A stretch of 63,873 bases of DNA, the filler included, from Caldilineae bacterium (lineage in GTDB: Bacteria; Chloroflexota; Anaerolineae; DTLA01): assembly GCA_037446815.1 (NCBI GenBank). It is 5 parts of 5 records of this genome, joined end to end, with 100 filler letters (N's around TTAATTAATTAA, not from the genome) between each part and the next. Parts side by side here need not be neighbours in the genome. Positions count along the whole stretch, not along the records: positions 14,041 to 27,866 come from JBBIHX010000067.1; positions 27,967 to 41,687 come from JBBIHX010000068.1; 3 more parts are not named here. One strand, given 5' to 3'. The notes beneath the pieces were generated by a model. The model saw only the letters and a program-made list of their open reading frames with translations, was not told the DNA's origin and did not search any database. The stretch's first letter is position 1. Each line of letters starts with the position of its first letter. Below are positions 19,090 to 28,055 of this stretch, piece by piece. Made by a program: the position numbers and the translations under genes.

Positions 19090-20045
19090 GTCTCGTCTTC
19101 GCCCTCGTGGGTCTCGGTGTCGGCTTGCCACAGACGGCAGAACGCGCACAGCCCAGGCGCGGTGGTGGGTTGCCCGCACCGTTCGCACGGATGAAGCGAG
19201 GCCGCTCCCTCTTCAACGAACTGGATGCTCCCGCTCTCCTTCGCGCGCAGGAACTGAGCGAAGAAGTACGCCTTCGCGCCTGGCGACCTGTGCTCCAATT
19301 GGTTCAGAATCTCCTTGTAGAACAAGGTGCGCGCGCCCACAGCGTGCGGACACTCGTCCTGAATGTAGTCAATCCCGCTCACCAGTGCGTAGGCCGCCAC
19401 CTCGCGTTCGTACATCAGGCACAGCGGCTTCACCTTGCGCGTCAACCCCTCCTCGTCGGCGGGCAATACGGGGAACTGGCGGGCCAGATAACCGGTCTGC
19501 CACGTCAGCGTGTTCTGCATGAGCACGGCAGCCTCGTCGTCCAGGTTGTGGCCGGTAACCAGCACCGAAAACCTTCGCTCCCAGGCAAAGCCGTTCATGA
19601 TGTGCCGCTTGACCAGGCCGCAAAGCGAGCACGCTTTGGTCATCCTTCCGCGGCGCGCCGCCAATTCCGGCACCGAAAGCCCATACGTGTCGCGGACGCT
19701 CACGACGTGGCATGTCGCACCTCGGCCCTCGGCAAAGCGCAGCGCGCGCATCTTGGACTCGGTGGAGTAGCCGCCATCGGGAATGCCTAGGTCAATGTAC
19801 ATCCCTTCCGCCTGGTAGCCCAGGCGCAAGAGCACATCCCACACGCTCAGGCTATCCTTCCCGCCCGATACGGCCACCAGAACCCTGTCGTCGGGCGCCA
19901 GCATCTGGAACTGGCGGATGGTGCGCTCCACCTGCCCGCGGAACCACGCGGGATAGCACTCCTCGCACAGCGCGAGTTTGTGGCGGCGCATGTTGATAGC
20001 CGCCGGGCGCCCGCATTTGCGGCACTTCATCCTGCTGTCGCGCAT
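19086..20045 (-). CDS. ttuA: tRNA 2-thiolation enzyme, TtuA/TIGR00269 family
   Basis: N- and C-terminal Zn fingers, SGGKDS PP-loop, CSLC and GHNLDDE; next to a ThiS-like carrier. Confidence 0.85.
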   Translation of the reverse strand: MRDSRMKCRKCGRPAAINMRRHKLALCEECYPAWFRGQVERTIRQFQMLAPDDRVLVAVSGGKDSLSVWDVLLRLGYQAEGMYIDLGIPDGGYSTESKMRALRFAEGRGATCHVVSVRDTYGLSVPELAARRGRMTKACSLCGLVKRHIMNGFAWERRFSVLVTGHNLDDEAAVLMQNTLTWQTGYLARQFPVLPADEEGLTRKVKPLCLMYEREVAAYALVSGIDYIQDECPHAVGARTLFYKEILNQLEHRSPGAKAYFFAQFLRAKESGSIQFVEEGAASLHPCERCGQPTTAPGLCAFCRLWQADTETHEGEDET

Positions 20046-20058
20046 CGCCGCCTCGCTC

Positions 20059-20250
20059 TCAACCGCCCGAAACTACGGCGACGATAGTAACCTCGTCCCC
20101 GTCTTGCAGGATTGCCGAATCATCCACCAGTTTGCCGTTGCGCAGCACAAGCACGGCCTCTGGGTCAAGGCCGAGTTTCAGGATGGCGTCTCGGGCCGTC
20201 ATCCCCGCCTTGACCTCATACTGCTTTCCGCGATAGCGAACCACAACCAT
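20059..20250 (-). CDS. ttuB: Ubiquitin-like sulfur carrier (ThiS/MoaD/TtuB)
   Basis: 63-aa beta-grasp protein ending VVSGG. Confidence 0.85.
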   Translation of the reverse strand: MVVVRYRGKQYEVKAGMTARDAILKLGLDPEAVLVLRNGKLVDDSAILQDGDEVTIVAVVSGG

Positions 20251-20314
20251 CGGCAAGCCTCCCGCACGCCATTGTACGCAAGAAGGCCCGTCTCGGCAAC
20301 ACGGCACGCACACC

Positions 20315-20589
20315 GATTCGGCTCCAGAGTCTGTCGCTAACCGTCATTGCGAGGGCGCACGCGCAAGCCCCTCACCCCAGCCCTCTCCCAGCGGGCGAGA
20401 GCGTATCGCCTTCGGCTCAGCATCACACAACAGGGCTGTCATTCTGAGCGGCGAAGCCGCGAAGAATCTCGCCCCTCACCCCTGCCCTCTCCCGAAGGGC
20501 GAGGGCGCATCGCCTTGCCCCTCATTGCGGGGCGCGGAGCGCCCGAAGCGATCCCCGAAAACCATCCCTACACAACGGCAAACCGAGGC
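20315..20589. mobile_element. Expanded, degenerate MITE copy with nested REP units
   Basis: Left end GATTCGGCTCCA, decayed right end ..AAACCGAGGC; flanks CGCACACC and CGCACAAC. Confidence 0.55.
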
Positions 20590-20603
20590 CGCACAACGCG
20601 TTT

Positions 20604-20657
20604 CTTACGCACTCCTAATCTGCCTCTAACACCCCGTTAATCTCATGCCGCTATACT
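20604..20657 (+). promoter_or_regulatory. Four 11-bp-period direct repeats plus -10 box upstream of htrA
   Basis: CTTAC-N6-CTAAT-N6-CTAAC-N6-TTAAT-N10-TATACT. Confidence 0.7.
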
Positions 20658-20684
20658 TTGGTATGCGAAAAGGAGGTGAATTCT

Positions 20685-21917
20685 ATGATTCGGAAAACAA
20701 GACCCATACTGCCTGGAATCCTTATTGTGCTGCTTGTAGTTCTTCTCGCGGGCTGTTCCGGCGTGCCGTTCGCGGCGGGCCAGGCATCGCCCACCGCCCA
20801 GCCAACGGCGACGCCGGCATCCACGGCGACGCCCCTCGCCATCGCAACCGCGCCGACGACATGGGCGCTGCCGCAGGCCGACTACGAAGAGCAGTTGCTC
20901 GTGCGCGTATATGAGGAGGCAAGCCCATCCGTCGTGAACATCCGCGTCCGCACCAGGGTCAGCAGCGGCTTCCCGGGCTTCGGCGATTTCGTCCAGCAAG
21001 GACAGGGGTCCGGCTTCGTCTGGGATGCCCAGGGGCACATCGTAACCAACAACCACGTGGTGGAGAACGCAACGGAGATTGAAGTAACGTTCAACGATGG
21101 CATCTCCCTGCCGGCGACGTTGGTGGGCGCCGACCCCGACAGCGACCTGGCCGTCATCAAGGTAGACCCGGCCGAGCACGACCTGAAGCCGGTCAAACTC
21201 GGCGACTCAGACAGCCTCAAGGTCGGCCAGCGCGCCATCGCCATCGGGAACCCGTTCGGCCTTGCAGGAACCCTCACGGCCGGCGTCATCAGCGCGCTGG
21301 GCCGCGATCTTCCGGCCGGGTCCTCCGATACCGGCACAGTGCGTTACCGAATCCCCGACGTGATCCAAACCGACGCGCCCATCAACCCGGGCAACTCGGG
21401 CGGGCCGCTCCTGAACAGCAACGCCGAGGTCATCGGCGTCAACGCGGCCATTGAATCGTCCACGGGCACGTCGGCGGGCATCGGCTTCGCCATTCCGGTG
21501 AACATCGTCAAACGGGTGGTGCCGTCCCTCATCCAGACTGGCGCCTACCGACACCCCTGGCTCGGCGTTACGGTGGCGACCCTCTCGCCCAAGGTCGCCG
21601 AGGCCATGGGCCTGTCGCGCAAACAGCAGGGCGCGCTGGTCGTGGAGGTAGCCACGGGCAGCCCTGCGGCGCTCGCCGGGGTCAGGCCCAGCAACCGAGT
21701 CGTCCAGATTGACGACACCCAAGTTACCGTCGGCGGCGACGTGATTATCCGCATAGACGATACAGCCATCACGCGCTCCGAGGACCTCATCAGTTACCTG
21801 GTGCGCCGCACGTCCGTGGGCCAGCAGGTTACCCTGCGGGTGCTCCGCGACGGCAAGGAGATGGACATCAAGGTAACCCTGGGAGAGCGTCCCACGACGA
21901 GGGACAGAAACACCTAG
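20685..21917 (+). CDS. htrA: HtrA/DegP-like serine protease with PDZ domain (lipoprotein)
   Basis: LAGC lipobox; TNNHV, DLAVIK and GNSGGPL catalytic triad; C-terminal PDZ; AGGAGG RBS. Confidence 0.93.
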   Translation: MIRKTRPILPGILIVLLVVLLAGCSGVPFAAGQASPTAQPTATPASTATPLAIATAPTTWALPQADYEEQLLVRVYEEASPSVVNIRVRTRVSSGFPGFGDFVQQGQGSGFVWDAQGHIVTNNHVVENATEIEVTFNDGISLPATLVGADPDSDLAVIKVDPAEHDLKPVKLGDSDSLKVGQRAIAIGNPFGLAGTLTAGVISALGRDLPAGSSDTGTVRYRIPDVIQTDAPINPGNSGGPLLNSNAEVIGVNAAIESSTGTSAGIGFAIPVNIVKRVVPSLIQTGAYRHPWLGVTVATLSPKVAEAMGLSRKQQGALVVEVATGSPAALAGVRPSNRVVQIDDTQVTVGGDVIIRIDDTAITRSEDLISYLVRRTSVGQQVTLRVLRDGKEMDIKVTLGERPTTRDRNT

Positions 21918-22476
21918 CGCCCGCCGGCCCAACTGCGGCCAATGGCGGCGCAAGAAACGCCCCACCTCCGGCGGCGAGGTTGACGGGAGCAGGCCGCCCA
22001 AGACTGCTGCTCCCGCGCCGACGACTCGCAGGCGTAACACTCCGCCGGTTAGGGCTGTCATTCTGACTGAGCGGCGGAGAGCGAAGGGTCTTGCCCCTCA
22101 CCCGCGCAATCTGTGCTATCCGTGGTTACCGCCCCGCCAGATGGATTCACTTTGCTCGCATGCCCGCGCGGGGCTAAACCCCCGCGCTACGGCTGCCCCA
22201 GCCCGCAGGACTTCGCGCGTTTGGCCTGAGGCTTCAGCCTCGGGCGGGCTTGCCCGTTCGCGTCCATTCGCACTTTCCACCCGTTGTCTTCCGAAGCGGC
22301 GGAGAGCGAAGAGCCTCGCCCCTCACCCCGGCCCTCTCCCGAAGGGCGAGGGTGTGTCCCCCACACGCCAGACCCCGTGTCAGCCCCACCCTGCAGTTGA
22401 CGCCTGCCGCGTTTGGTGCTATCCTTCGTCAGGGCATGCACGTTGCGCCCGCGAAACGCTCTTGCGGAGCCTGGCT

Positions 22477-23355
22477 GTGAGCAACGACTGGCATACGTGG
22501 ACGGCGCTTGCCTGCGACATCGGGCGAAAACGCAGGAACAACGAGGACTACGCCCTGGCCTGCGAACCCGAGGCCCCCTCCCTGCGCAGCGACAAGGGCC
22601 ACCTATACATCGTGGCCGACGGCATCGGGGGAGGCGCGGGGGGCGAAATCGCCAGCCGCTTCGCCGCCCTTGCCGTCGCCTATCACTATTACAACCTCCC
22701 CGCCGCCCCATTCCGAAGCCTGTACGCCGCCGTCGCGCGCGCCAATGATGACCTGTACCGGTACGCCCATACGCACGGCCGCTTCGCCACCATGGGAACG
22801 ACCATCGTCTGCGCGGCGGTGCGAGACGCCTGGCTCTACATTGCCCACGTCGGAGACAGCCGAGCCTATCTCCTGCGGGACGGCGATCTGCGCCCGCTAA
22901 CCGAGGACCATAACCTGGCCGCGCAACTGGCGCGCGAAGGGCTTATCACCAGGCGGCAGGCCAATCAGCACCCGCAGCGCAACCTCCTGCTGCGCTCGCT
23001 GGGCGGCGAAAGCAGCGTCCTGCCCGATTTCACCGAAACGCGCCTCCTGCCCGGCGACGCCGTCGTCTTGTGCTCCGACGGCCTCACCCGCCACGTGGAC
23101 GAGGCCGAGATCGGCGCCATCTGCTCCTCGGCCCCCGAGCCCCAGGAGGCCGTCCAAGCGCTGGTTGACCTGGCAAATGAGCGCGGCGGGATGGACAACA
23201 TCTCGGTCATCCTAGCGCGCTGGGATCGGGGGCCGAGGCCAATGCCGCGCGCGCCCGACATTCTGGATGCGCCGCCCCCGCAGGAACCGACGGTGGACGG
23301 CATCATCGCAGCCTTCGCAGCATCATCGCCCGGCTCATCGCCGGAATCCTCGTAA
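22477..23355 (+). CDS. PP2C-family Ser/Thr phosphatase (Stp1/PrpC-like)
   Basis: RRNNED, VADGIGG, HVGDSRAY, CSDGL and GGMDNIS motifs. Confidence 0.92.
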   Translation: MSNDWHTWTALACDIGRKRRNNEDYALACEPEAPSLRSDKGHLYIVADGIGGGAGGEIASRFAALAVAYHYYNLPAAPFRSLYAAVARANDDLYRYAHTHGRFATMGTTIVCAAVRDAWLYIAHVGDSRAYLLRDGDLRPLTEDHNLAAQLAREGLITRRQANQHPQRNLLLRSLGGESSVLPDFTETRLLPGDAVVLCSDGLTRHVDEAEIGAICSSAPEPQEAVQALVDLANERGGMDNISVILARWDRGPRPMPRAPDILDAPPPQEPTVDGIIAAFAASSPGSSPESS

Positions 23356-23380
23356 CAGGGAGAGCGTCCAAACAGAGCGC

Positions 23381-24976
23381 ATGGAAGATTTGATAGGTCA
23401 GACGCTACTAGACCGATACTACGTTGAGGAATTCGTCGGCCGAGGAGGCATGGCAGAGGTGTACCGCGCGCGCGACCTGCGCCGCCGCATCACCGTCGCC
23501 CTGAAATTCCTCCGCGAGGACATGGCCGAAGATGAGGTGTTCCTGCGGCGCTTCCGCCGCGAAGCGCGGGTCTTGGAGACCCTGCAACACCCCAACATCG
23601 TGCGCTACTACGGGTTTGAGGAGACCGACTACCTGCACTTCCTGGTCGTGGAGTTCATTGACGGCGAAGGCTTGCGGAAGAAACTCTCCCGCCTGGCCCG
23701 CCCGCTCACGTTGGCCCAGGCGCTATCCATCCTGGAGCCGGTGTGCAACGCCCTGCACTACGCCCACGCCGAGGGCATCTTCCACTGCGACATCAAGCCC
23801 GCCAACATCATGATTGACCGCGCCGGCCGGGTTGTCGTCGCCGACTTCGGTATCGCGAAACTGGCCGAGAGCGCCACCGTTACGTCCAGCACCACGGGCA
23901 CGCCCGCGTACATGGCCCCCGAACAGTGCCGCGGACAGAAAGTAGACGCGCGCACCGATATCTACGCGCTGGCCATCACCACGTTTGAGATGTTGACCCT
24001 GGACCGGCCCTTCACCGGCGACATGGCAACCATCCAGGGCGCGGTCTCCGAGCGCATCCGATGGGAGCAACTCAAGGCCACGCCGCCATCGCCGCGCAAG
24101 TACAACCCGGAGATTCCCCCATTCGCCGAGCAGGCTATCCTGAAGGCCCTTGAGAAGCCGCGCAACCGCCGCTTCCCAAGCGTCCTGGCGTTCTACGATG
24201 CCTTGAGCAACGGCGGGAAGGTCATCCCCGACCCCGTGCTGCCCTGGACGGAAGAGGGCGAGGCGGAACCCCCGCTTCCCACCCTGGTGGAGCCATCCAC
24301 ACCGGAAGGGGCCACGCGGCACGGCCTCTGGGAGCAGCGGCTCACCGACATGTTGTGGGCGGCGCGCCGAGCGTGGCGACGGGCGGCGGATGCATGCGCC
24401 AGCGCCGTGCAGCGCGGGCCGCGCGCGCTCGCCGCCGGGCTTGCTCGTTGGCTCGCCGACATCCGGGGGCGGGCAACCCGCTTCTGGGCACAGTCCCGCG
24501 CCAGGCGGCCGGCGCTGCCCTACCTTCTGGGTGCCGTCGTCGTCCTGGCCATCGCCGCCACCGCATGGGCGATTGCCGGCGGGGCCAGACCCACCGCGCC
24601 CGTCCCCACCCCGACGGCCTCGGCAACGCGCCCACCGTTGGCGGCAACGCCCTCGCCCACGCCGGGCCTCACCCCGTCGCCAACACCGGCGAGCGAGAAC
24701 GCCATTTACCTAACCATTGAAACGGCCAAAGCAAATATCCGCAGCGGCCCCGCAACCGTATACCCCATCATCGCCGTCGCGGAGAGCGGCCAGCGATTTG
24801 AAGTCGTCGCGCGCTCCCCGAAGAGCGACTGGTTCCAAATCTGCTGCGTCCAGGGCAAGACCGGCTGGGTGCACGTGGAGCGCGTCAAGGTCTGGGGCAG
24901 CCTGGACCTCGTCCCCATGACCACGCCCAAGCCTCCGGCGCCCCAGCAAATCCAGACCGGAACCGGAGGGCGATAG
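23381..24976 (+). CDS. Membrane Ser/Thr kinase with extracellular SH3b-like domain
   Basis: GRGGMAEVY, VALK, HCDIKPAN, DFG and APE motifs; TM helix; PT-rich linker; ANIRSGP...GWV. Confidence 0.9.
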   Translation: MEDLIGQTLLDRYYVEEFVGRGGMAEVYRARDLRRRITVALKFLREDMAEDEVFLRRFRREARVLETLQHPNIVRYYGFEETDYLHFLVVEFIDGEGLRKKLSRLARPLTLAQALSILEPVCNALHYAHAEGIFHCDIKPANIMIDRAGRVVVADFGIAKLAESATVTSSTTGTPAYMAPEQCRGQKVDARTDIYALAITTFEMLTLDRPFTGDMATIQGAVSERIRWEQLKATPPSPRKYNPEIPPFAEQAILKALEKPRNRRFPSVLAFYDALSNGGKVIPDPVLPWTEEGEAEPPLPTLVEPSTPEGATRHGLWEQRLTDMLWAARRAWRRAADACASAVQRGPRALAAGLARWLADIRGRATRFWAQSRARRPALPYLLGAVVVLAIAATAWAIAGGARPTAPVPTPTASATRPPLAATPSPTPGLTPSPTPASENAIYLTIETAKANIRSGPATVYPIIAVAESGQRFEVVARSPKSDWFQICCVQGKTGWVHVERVKVWGSLDLVPMTTPKPPAPQQIQTGTGGR

Positions 24977-25016
24977 CGCCGGCGAGGCCGTACAGCACTA
25001 TGCAAGGAGACGAACC

Positions 25017-25946
25017 ATGCCACGGCTAGAGGGAACAATCGTCAACGACCGGTACCACGTGTCCGCGTTCCTGGGACGGGGCGGGATGGCCGAAGTGTAC
25101 AGGGCGCATGACCGCGAAACCGGCCGCGAGGTGGCGCTCAAGTTCCTGCGCGACGACCTGGCCGAAGACCGGGTCTTCCTCCGCCGATTCCGCCGCGAGG
25201 CCCAGGTACTGGAACAGTTGCGCCATCCCAGCATCATGGCGTATTATGGGTTTGAGGAAAGCGGCGATATGGCCTTCATCGTGGTGGAATATGTGGACGG
25301 CGAAACGCTGCGGCGCAAACTCCGCCGCCTCAAATCGCCCCTGACCGTCGGCCAGGCCCTGAGCATCCTGAAGCCGGTCTGCGAGGCGCTGGAATATGCC
25401 CACTCGCTGGACATCTATCACTGCGACATCAAACCGGCCAACATCATGATCCAGGGCGACGGCCGCGTGGTGCTGACCGATTTCGGCATCGCGCGCATGA
25501 CCGGCGTGGCCACAGCGACCAGTCTGACGCCAGGAACGCCGGCCTACATGGCCCCAGAGCAATGCCGCGGCCAGAACGTGAGCGCCCAGACCGACATCTA
25601 CTCGCTGGCCATTACCCTCTTTGAGATGATCACCCTGGAGCGCCCGTTCAAGGGCGACACCGCCACCATCCGCGGCTCGGCCAACGAGCGCATCCGCTGG
25701 GAGCAGATGCGCAAGCCCGCGCCGTCGCCGCGCATGTTCAACCCGGACATCCCGCTGACCGTCGCCCGCCAGATTCGCGTGGCGCTGTCCAAGAAGCCCT
25801 CGGCGCGCCACCCGTCCGCCATGCAATTCTTCCAGAGCCTTCTCGTGCCGGGTGTGGTTACCATTGACACCGCATGGCACTGGGAAGCGCTGGAGAGCGC
25901 ACCGGGAGGCGACCGACCCGACGAGCCGGAAACCCCCTCCACCTAG
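25017..25946 (+). CDS. Soluble Ser/Thr kinase, paralog of the upstream kinase
   Basis: Same motifs including HCDIKPAN; kinase domain only. Confidence 0.9.
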   Translation: MPRLEGTIVNDRYHVSAFLGRGGMAEVYRAHDRETGREVALKFLRDDLAEDRVFLRRFRREAQVLEQLRHPSIMAYYGFEESGDMAFIVVEYVDGETLRRKLRRLKSPLTVGQALSILKPVCEALEYAHSLDIYHCDIKPANIMIQGDGRVVLTDFGIARMTGVATATSLTPGTPAYMAPEQCRGQNVSAQTDIYSLAITLFEMITLERPFKGDTATIRGSANERIRWEQMRKPAPSPRMFNPDIPLTVARQIRVALSKKPSARHPSAMQFFQSLLVPGVVTIDTAWHWEALESAPGGDRPDEPETPST

Positions 25947-26683
25947 AGGCTGGCGAGGACCGACTTCAGCACATCCGGCCGGTTGGTGATGATGGCGTTG
26001 ACCCCCAGCCCGGCCAGCCGCCGCATGTCCTCGGGGTCATCCACAGTCCAGACGTTGACCTCGTAACCCTGTCGCCGCGCCCATTGCATGTAGCGCTCGT
26101 CCACCATCCGGAAATGCGGATGGAGCGCGTCGGGCTTCACGATGAGGCGAAACCAAGCCTTGCGCAGATACAGGGGCAGGTCCGGCGCATACAGGAGCCC
26201 GATCTTGAGTTCCGGAGCCATCCGCCGCACGCGCAGGAGCGAATACGGGTTGAACGAGGACAGGATCACGCGGTCCTCAAGCCCCCGCTCGCGAATAAGT
26301 TGAATCGTCGCTCGCTCCAGCCCGTTGTCGCCGATGCTCTTCGTCTTCAGTTCCACGTTGACGATGGATTGGGGCGGCAGAACGTCAAAGACCTCCGCCA
26401 GCGTCGGGATGCGCTCCCCCGCGAACTGCGGCGAGAACTTGACGCCGGCGTCCAGGCGCTTCAATTCGGCCAGCGTAAACCCGGCAACTGGCCCCGTGCC
26501 GTCGGTGGTCTTGTCCACCGTGAAATCGTGGATCACCACCGGCACCCCATCCTTCGTCAGATGCACGTCCAACTCATACCCGTCCGCGCCGTACGCGTTG
26601 GCGAGGCGGAATGCCACCAGGGTGTTTTGCGGGGCGTCGTGGCTTGCCCCACGGTGTCCCAGATTCAGAATGCGATGATCCAT
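25943..26683 (-). CDS. Glycerophosphodiester phosphodiesterase
   Basis: GHRGAS, ELDV, VIHD, NVELK and WTVD motifs. Confidence 0.92.
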   Translation of the reverse strand: MDHRILNLGHRGASHDAPQNTLVAFRLANAYGADGYELDVHLTKDGVPVVIHDFTVDKTTDGTGPVAGFTLAELKRLDAGVKFSPQFAGERIPTLAEVFDVLPPQSIVNVELKTKSIGDNGLERATIQLIRERGLEDRVILSSFNPYSLLRVRRMAPELKIGLLYAPDLPLYLRKAWFRLIVKPDALHPHFRMVDERYMQWARRQGYEVNVWTVDDPEDMRRLAGLGVNAIITNRPDVLKSVLASL

Positions 26684-26723
26684 AGTGCCTCCGATGTGTG
26701 CGTTATGTCAACGTCTTGATGGA

Positions 26724-27635
26724 TTATGCGCCACCCGTTGCGGCGCGGCGAACCCGACGATGCGCATCGTGGGCGAGGCGCTCCAGCGCCGCTCTGCTCT
26801 CGGCATCGCCAAATCGGCGGAGCGCGTGGGCCACTGCGGCGCGCACCAAGGGGAACGGATCGCTTGCTGCTTGCGCCAGCGCGCGGGACGAACGGCCATC
26901 GCCCAGATTCCCCAGGGCTTCAGCCGCCGCGGCGCGCACGCTGGGGACCGGATCGCGCGCGAGGGTCTCCTCCAGCGCCTGCCGCGCCTTGTCCGTACCC
27001 ACCACCCCCAGCGCCAGCGCCGCGCGGCGACGGATCACGCGGTCTCCCAGCCGCAGCAACTCCAGCAGGCGGGCCGGGTCGCGCATCTGCGAGACTTTGG
27101 CGGGGGAGAGGCGGACATTCCGAACCTGCGGCGCCGAGCGGGGTTTGCGCTCCCCTGCGGGCAGGAAGTAGTCGTCCAGCGCATGCCCCAAGGCCCGTTC
27201 CGCCTGGAGTTTCTCGCGGGCCTCGTCGCCTTCCTTCGCCGCCTCACGGGAGCGCCCCGCGAATTCGAGGCAATCCACCACCTGCACCCCCAATGCTTGG
27301 GCGCGTTCGGCCAGCGCACGGTCGGACGTAACGAGCGTCGCATCGCGCCGACCGCTACGGGCGGGGAGGCGGCTCAACGCGCGGATGATGGCCTCGTCCG
27401 CGCTGACACCGGGCGGCGCAATCCGGACCTGCACATTTGCCCTAGAGGGGTACCGCCCGCGGATACCGGCGTCAAAGTACACTTCCACGCGATGCTGCTT
27501 GCGTCGTTTCGCTCCACCCTGCGCGGACCAGCGCTCAAGCCAGGCTACCAGCAGGTTATCATCGGCGGATTGCAGCAACCCGGCCCGGGCCATGTGCTCT
27601 TTCAGATTGTTTCCGTCTATCACGTACAGCCCCAT
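26724..27635 (-). CDS. YacP-like NYN (PIN) domain fused to HEAT repeats
   Basis: IDGNN, VYFD, SADEAI and LVTSDR motifs; C-terminal 'VRAAAAEALG' HEAT repeats; GGAGGT RBS. Confidence 0.8.
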   Translation of the reverse strand: MGLYVIDGNNLKEHMARAGLLQSADDNLLVAWLERWSAQGGAKRRKQHRVEVYFDAGIRGRYPSRANVQVRIAPPGVSADEAIIRALSRLPARSGRRDATLVTSDRALAERAQALGVQVVDCLEFAGRSREAAKEGDEAREKLQAERALGHALDDYFLPAGERKPRSAPQVRNVRLSPAKVSQMRDPARLLELLRLGDRVIRRRAALALGVVGTDKARQALEETLARDPVPSVRAAAAEALGNLGDGRSSRALAQAASDPFPLVRAAVAHALRRFGDAESRAALERLAHDAHRRVRRAATGGA

Positions 27636-27673
27636 GGCCCACCTCCTCATGCTGCGTCTGGCCCGCGCTAAAC

Positions 27674-27703
27674 AAAAGCCGCACCCCAACCGTGCGGCTT
27701 TCG
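27674..27703 (-). terminator. Hairpin downstream of tRNA-Glu
   Basis: Minus strand AAAGCCGCAC-loop-GTGCGGCTTTTGTTT. Confidence 0.6.
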
Positions 27704-27713
27704 CGTGAATCGT

Positions 27714-27789
27714 TGGTGCCCCCAAGGGAATTCGAATCCCTGTCGCAGCCTTGAAAGGGCTGTGTCCTAGGCCTCTAGACGATGGGGGC
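27714..27789 (-). tRNA. tRNA-Glu (anticodon TTC)
   Basis: Reverse complement GCCCCCATCGTCTAGAGGCCTAGGACACAGCCCTTTCAAGGCTGCGACAGGGATTCGAATTCCCTTGGGGGCACCA; 76 nt with T-loop and encoded CCA. Confidence 0.96.
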
Positions 27790-27866
27790 TTGCAACGGTA
27801 TTCTACAAATCGCGCACGATTTGTCAAATGCAGCGGCAGAGCGGATGCGGTTCCAGGGTCTGTTGG

Positions 27867-27966
27867 NNNNNNNNNNNNNNNNNNNNNNNNNNNNNNNNNN
27901 NNNNNNNNNNTTAATTAATTAANNNNNNNNNNNNNNNNNNNNNNNNNNNNNNNNNNNNNNNNNNNN
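27867..27966. other. Artificial contig-joining linker
   Basis: N run with TTAATTAATTAA; preceded by a MITE end at 27844-27866. Confidence 0.97.
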
Positions 27967-28055
27967 GGATCGGTTGGAGGCGGTGGGGCTGACCAACCGG
28001 TATTTGGGGCTGGCGCCGCACGCGTAAATCTGTTCACGCCGGAGGAGGGCTGTGC

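Noticed and set aside
26724..27827. 367-aa version of the NYN-HEAT ORF
   Set aside because: The extension reads through tRNA-Glu; the RBS-supported start is 27635.
27714..27866. tRNA-Glu as an integration site for a genomic island
   Set aside because: No integrase and no duplicated tRNA 3' end seen in the contig.
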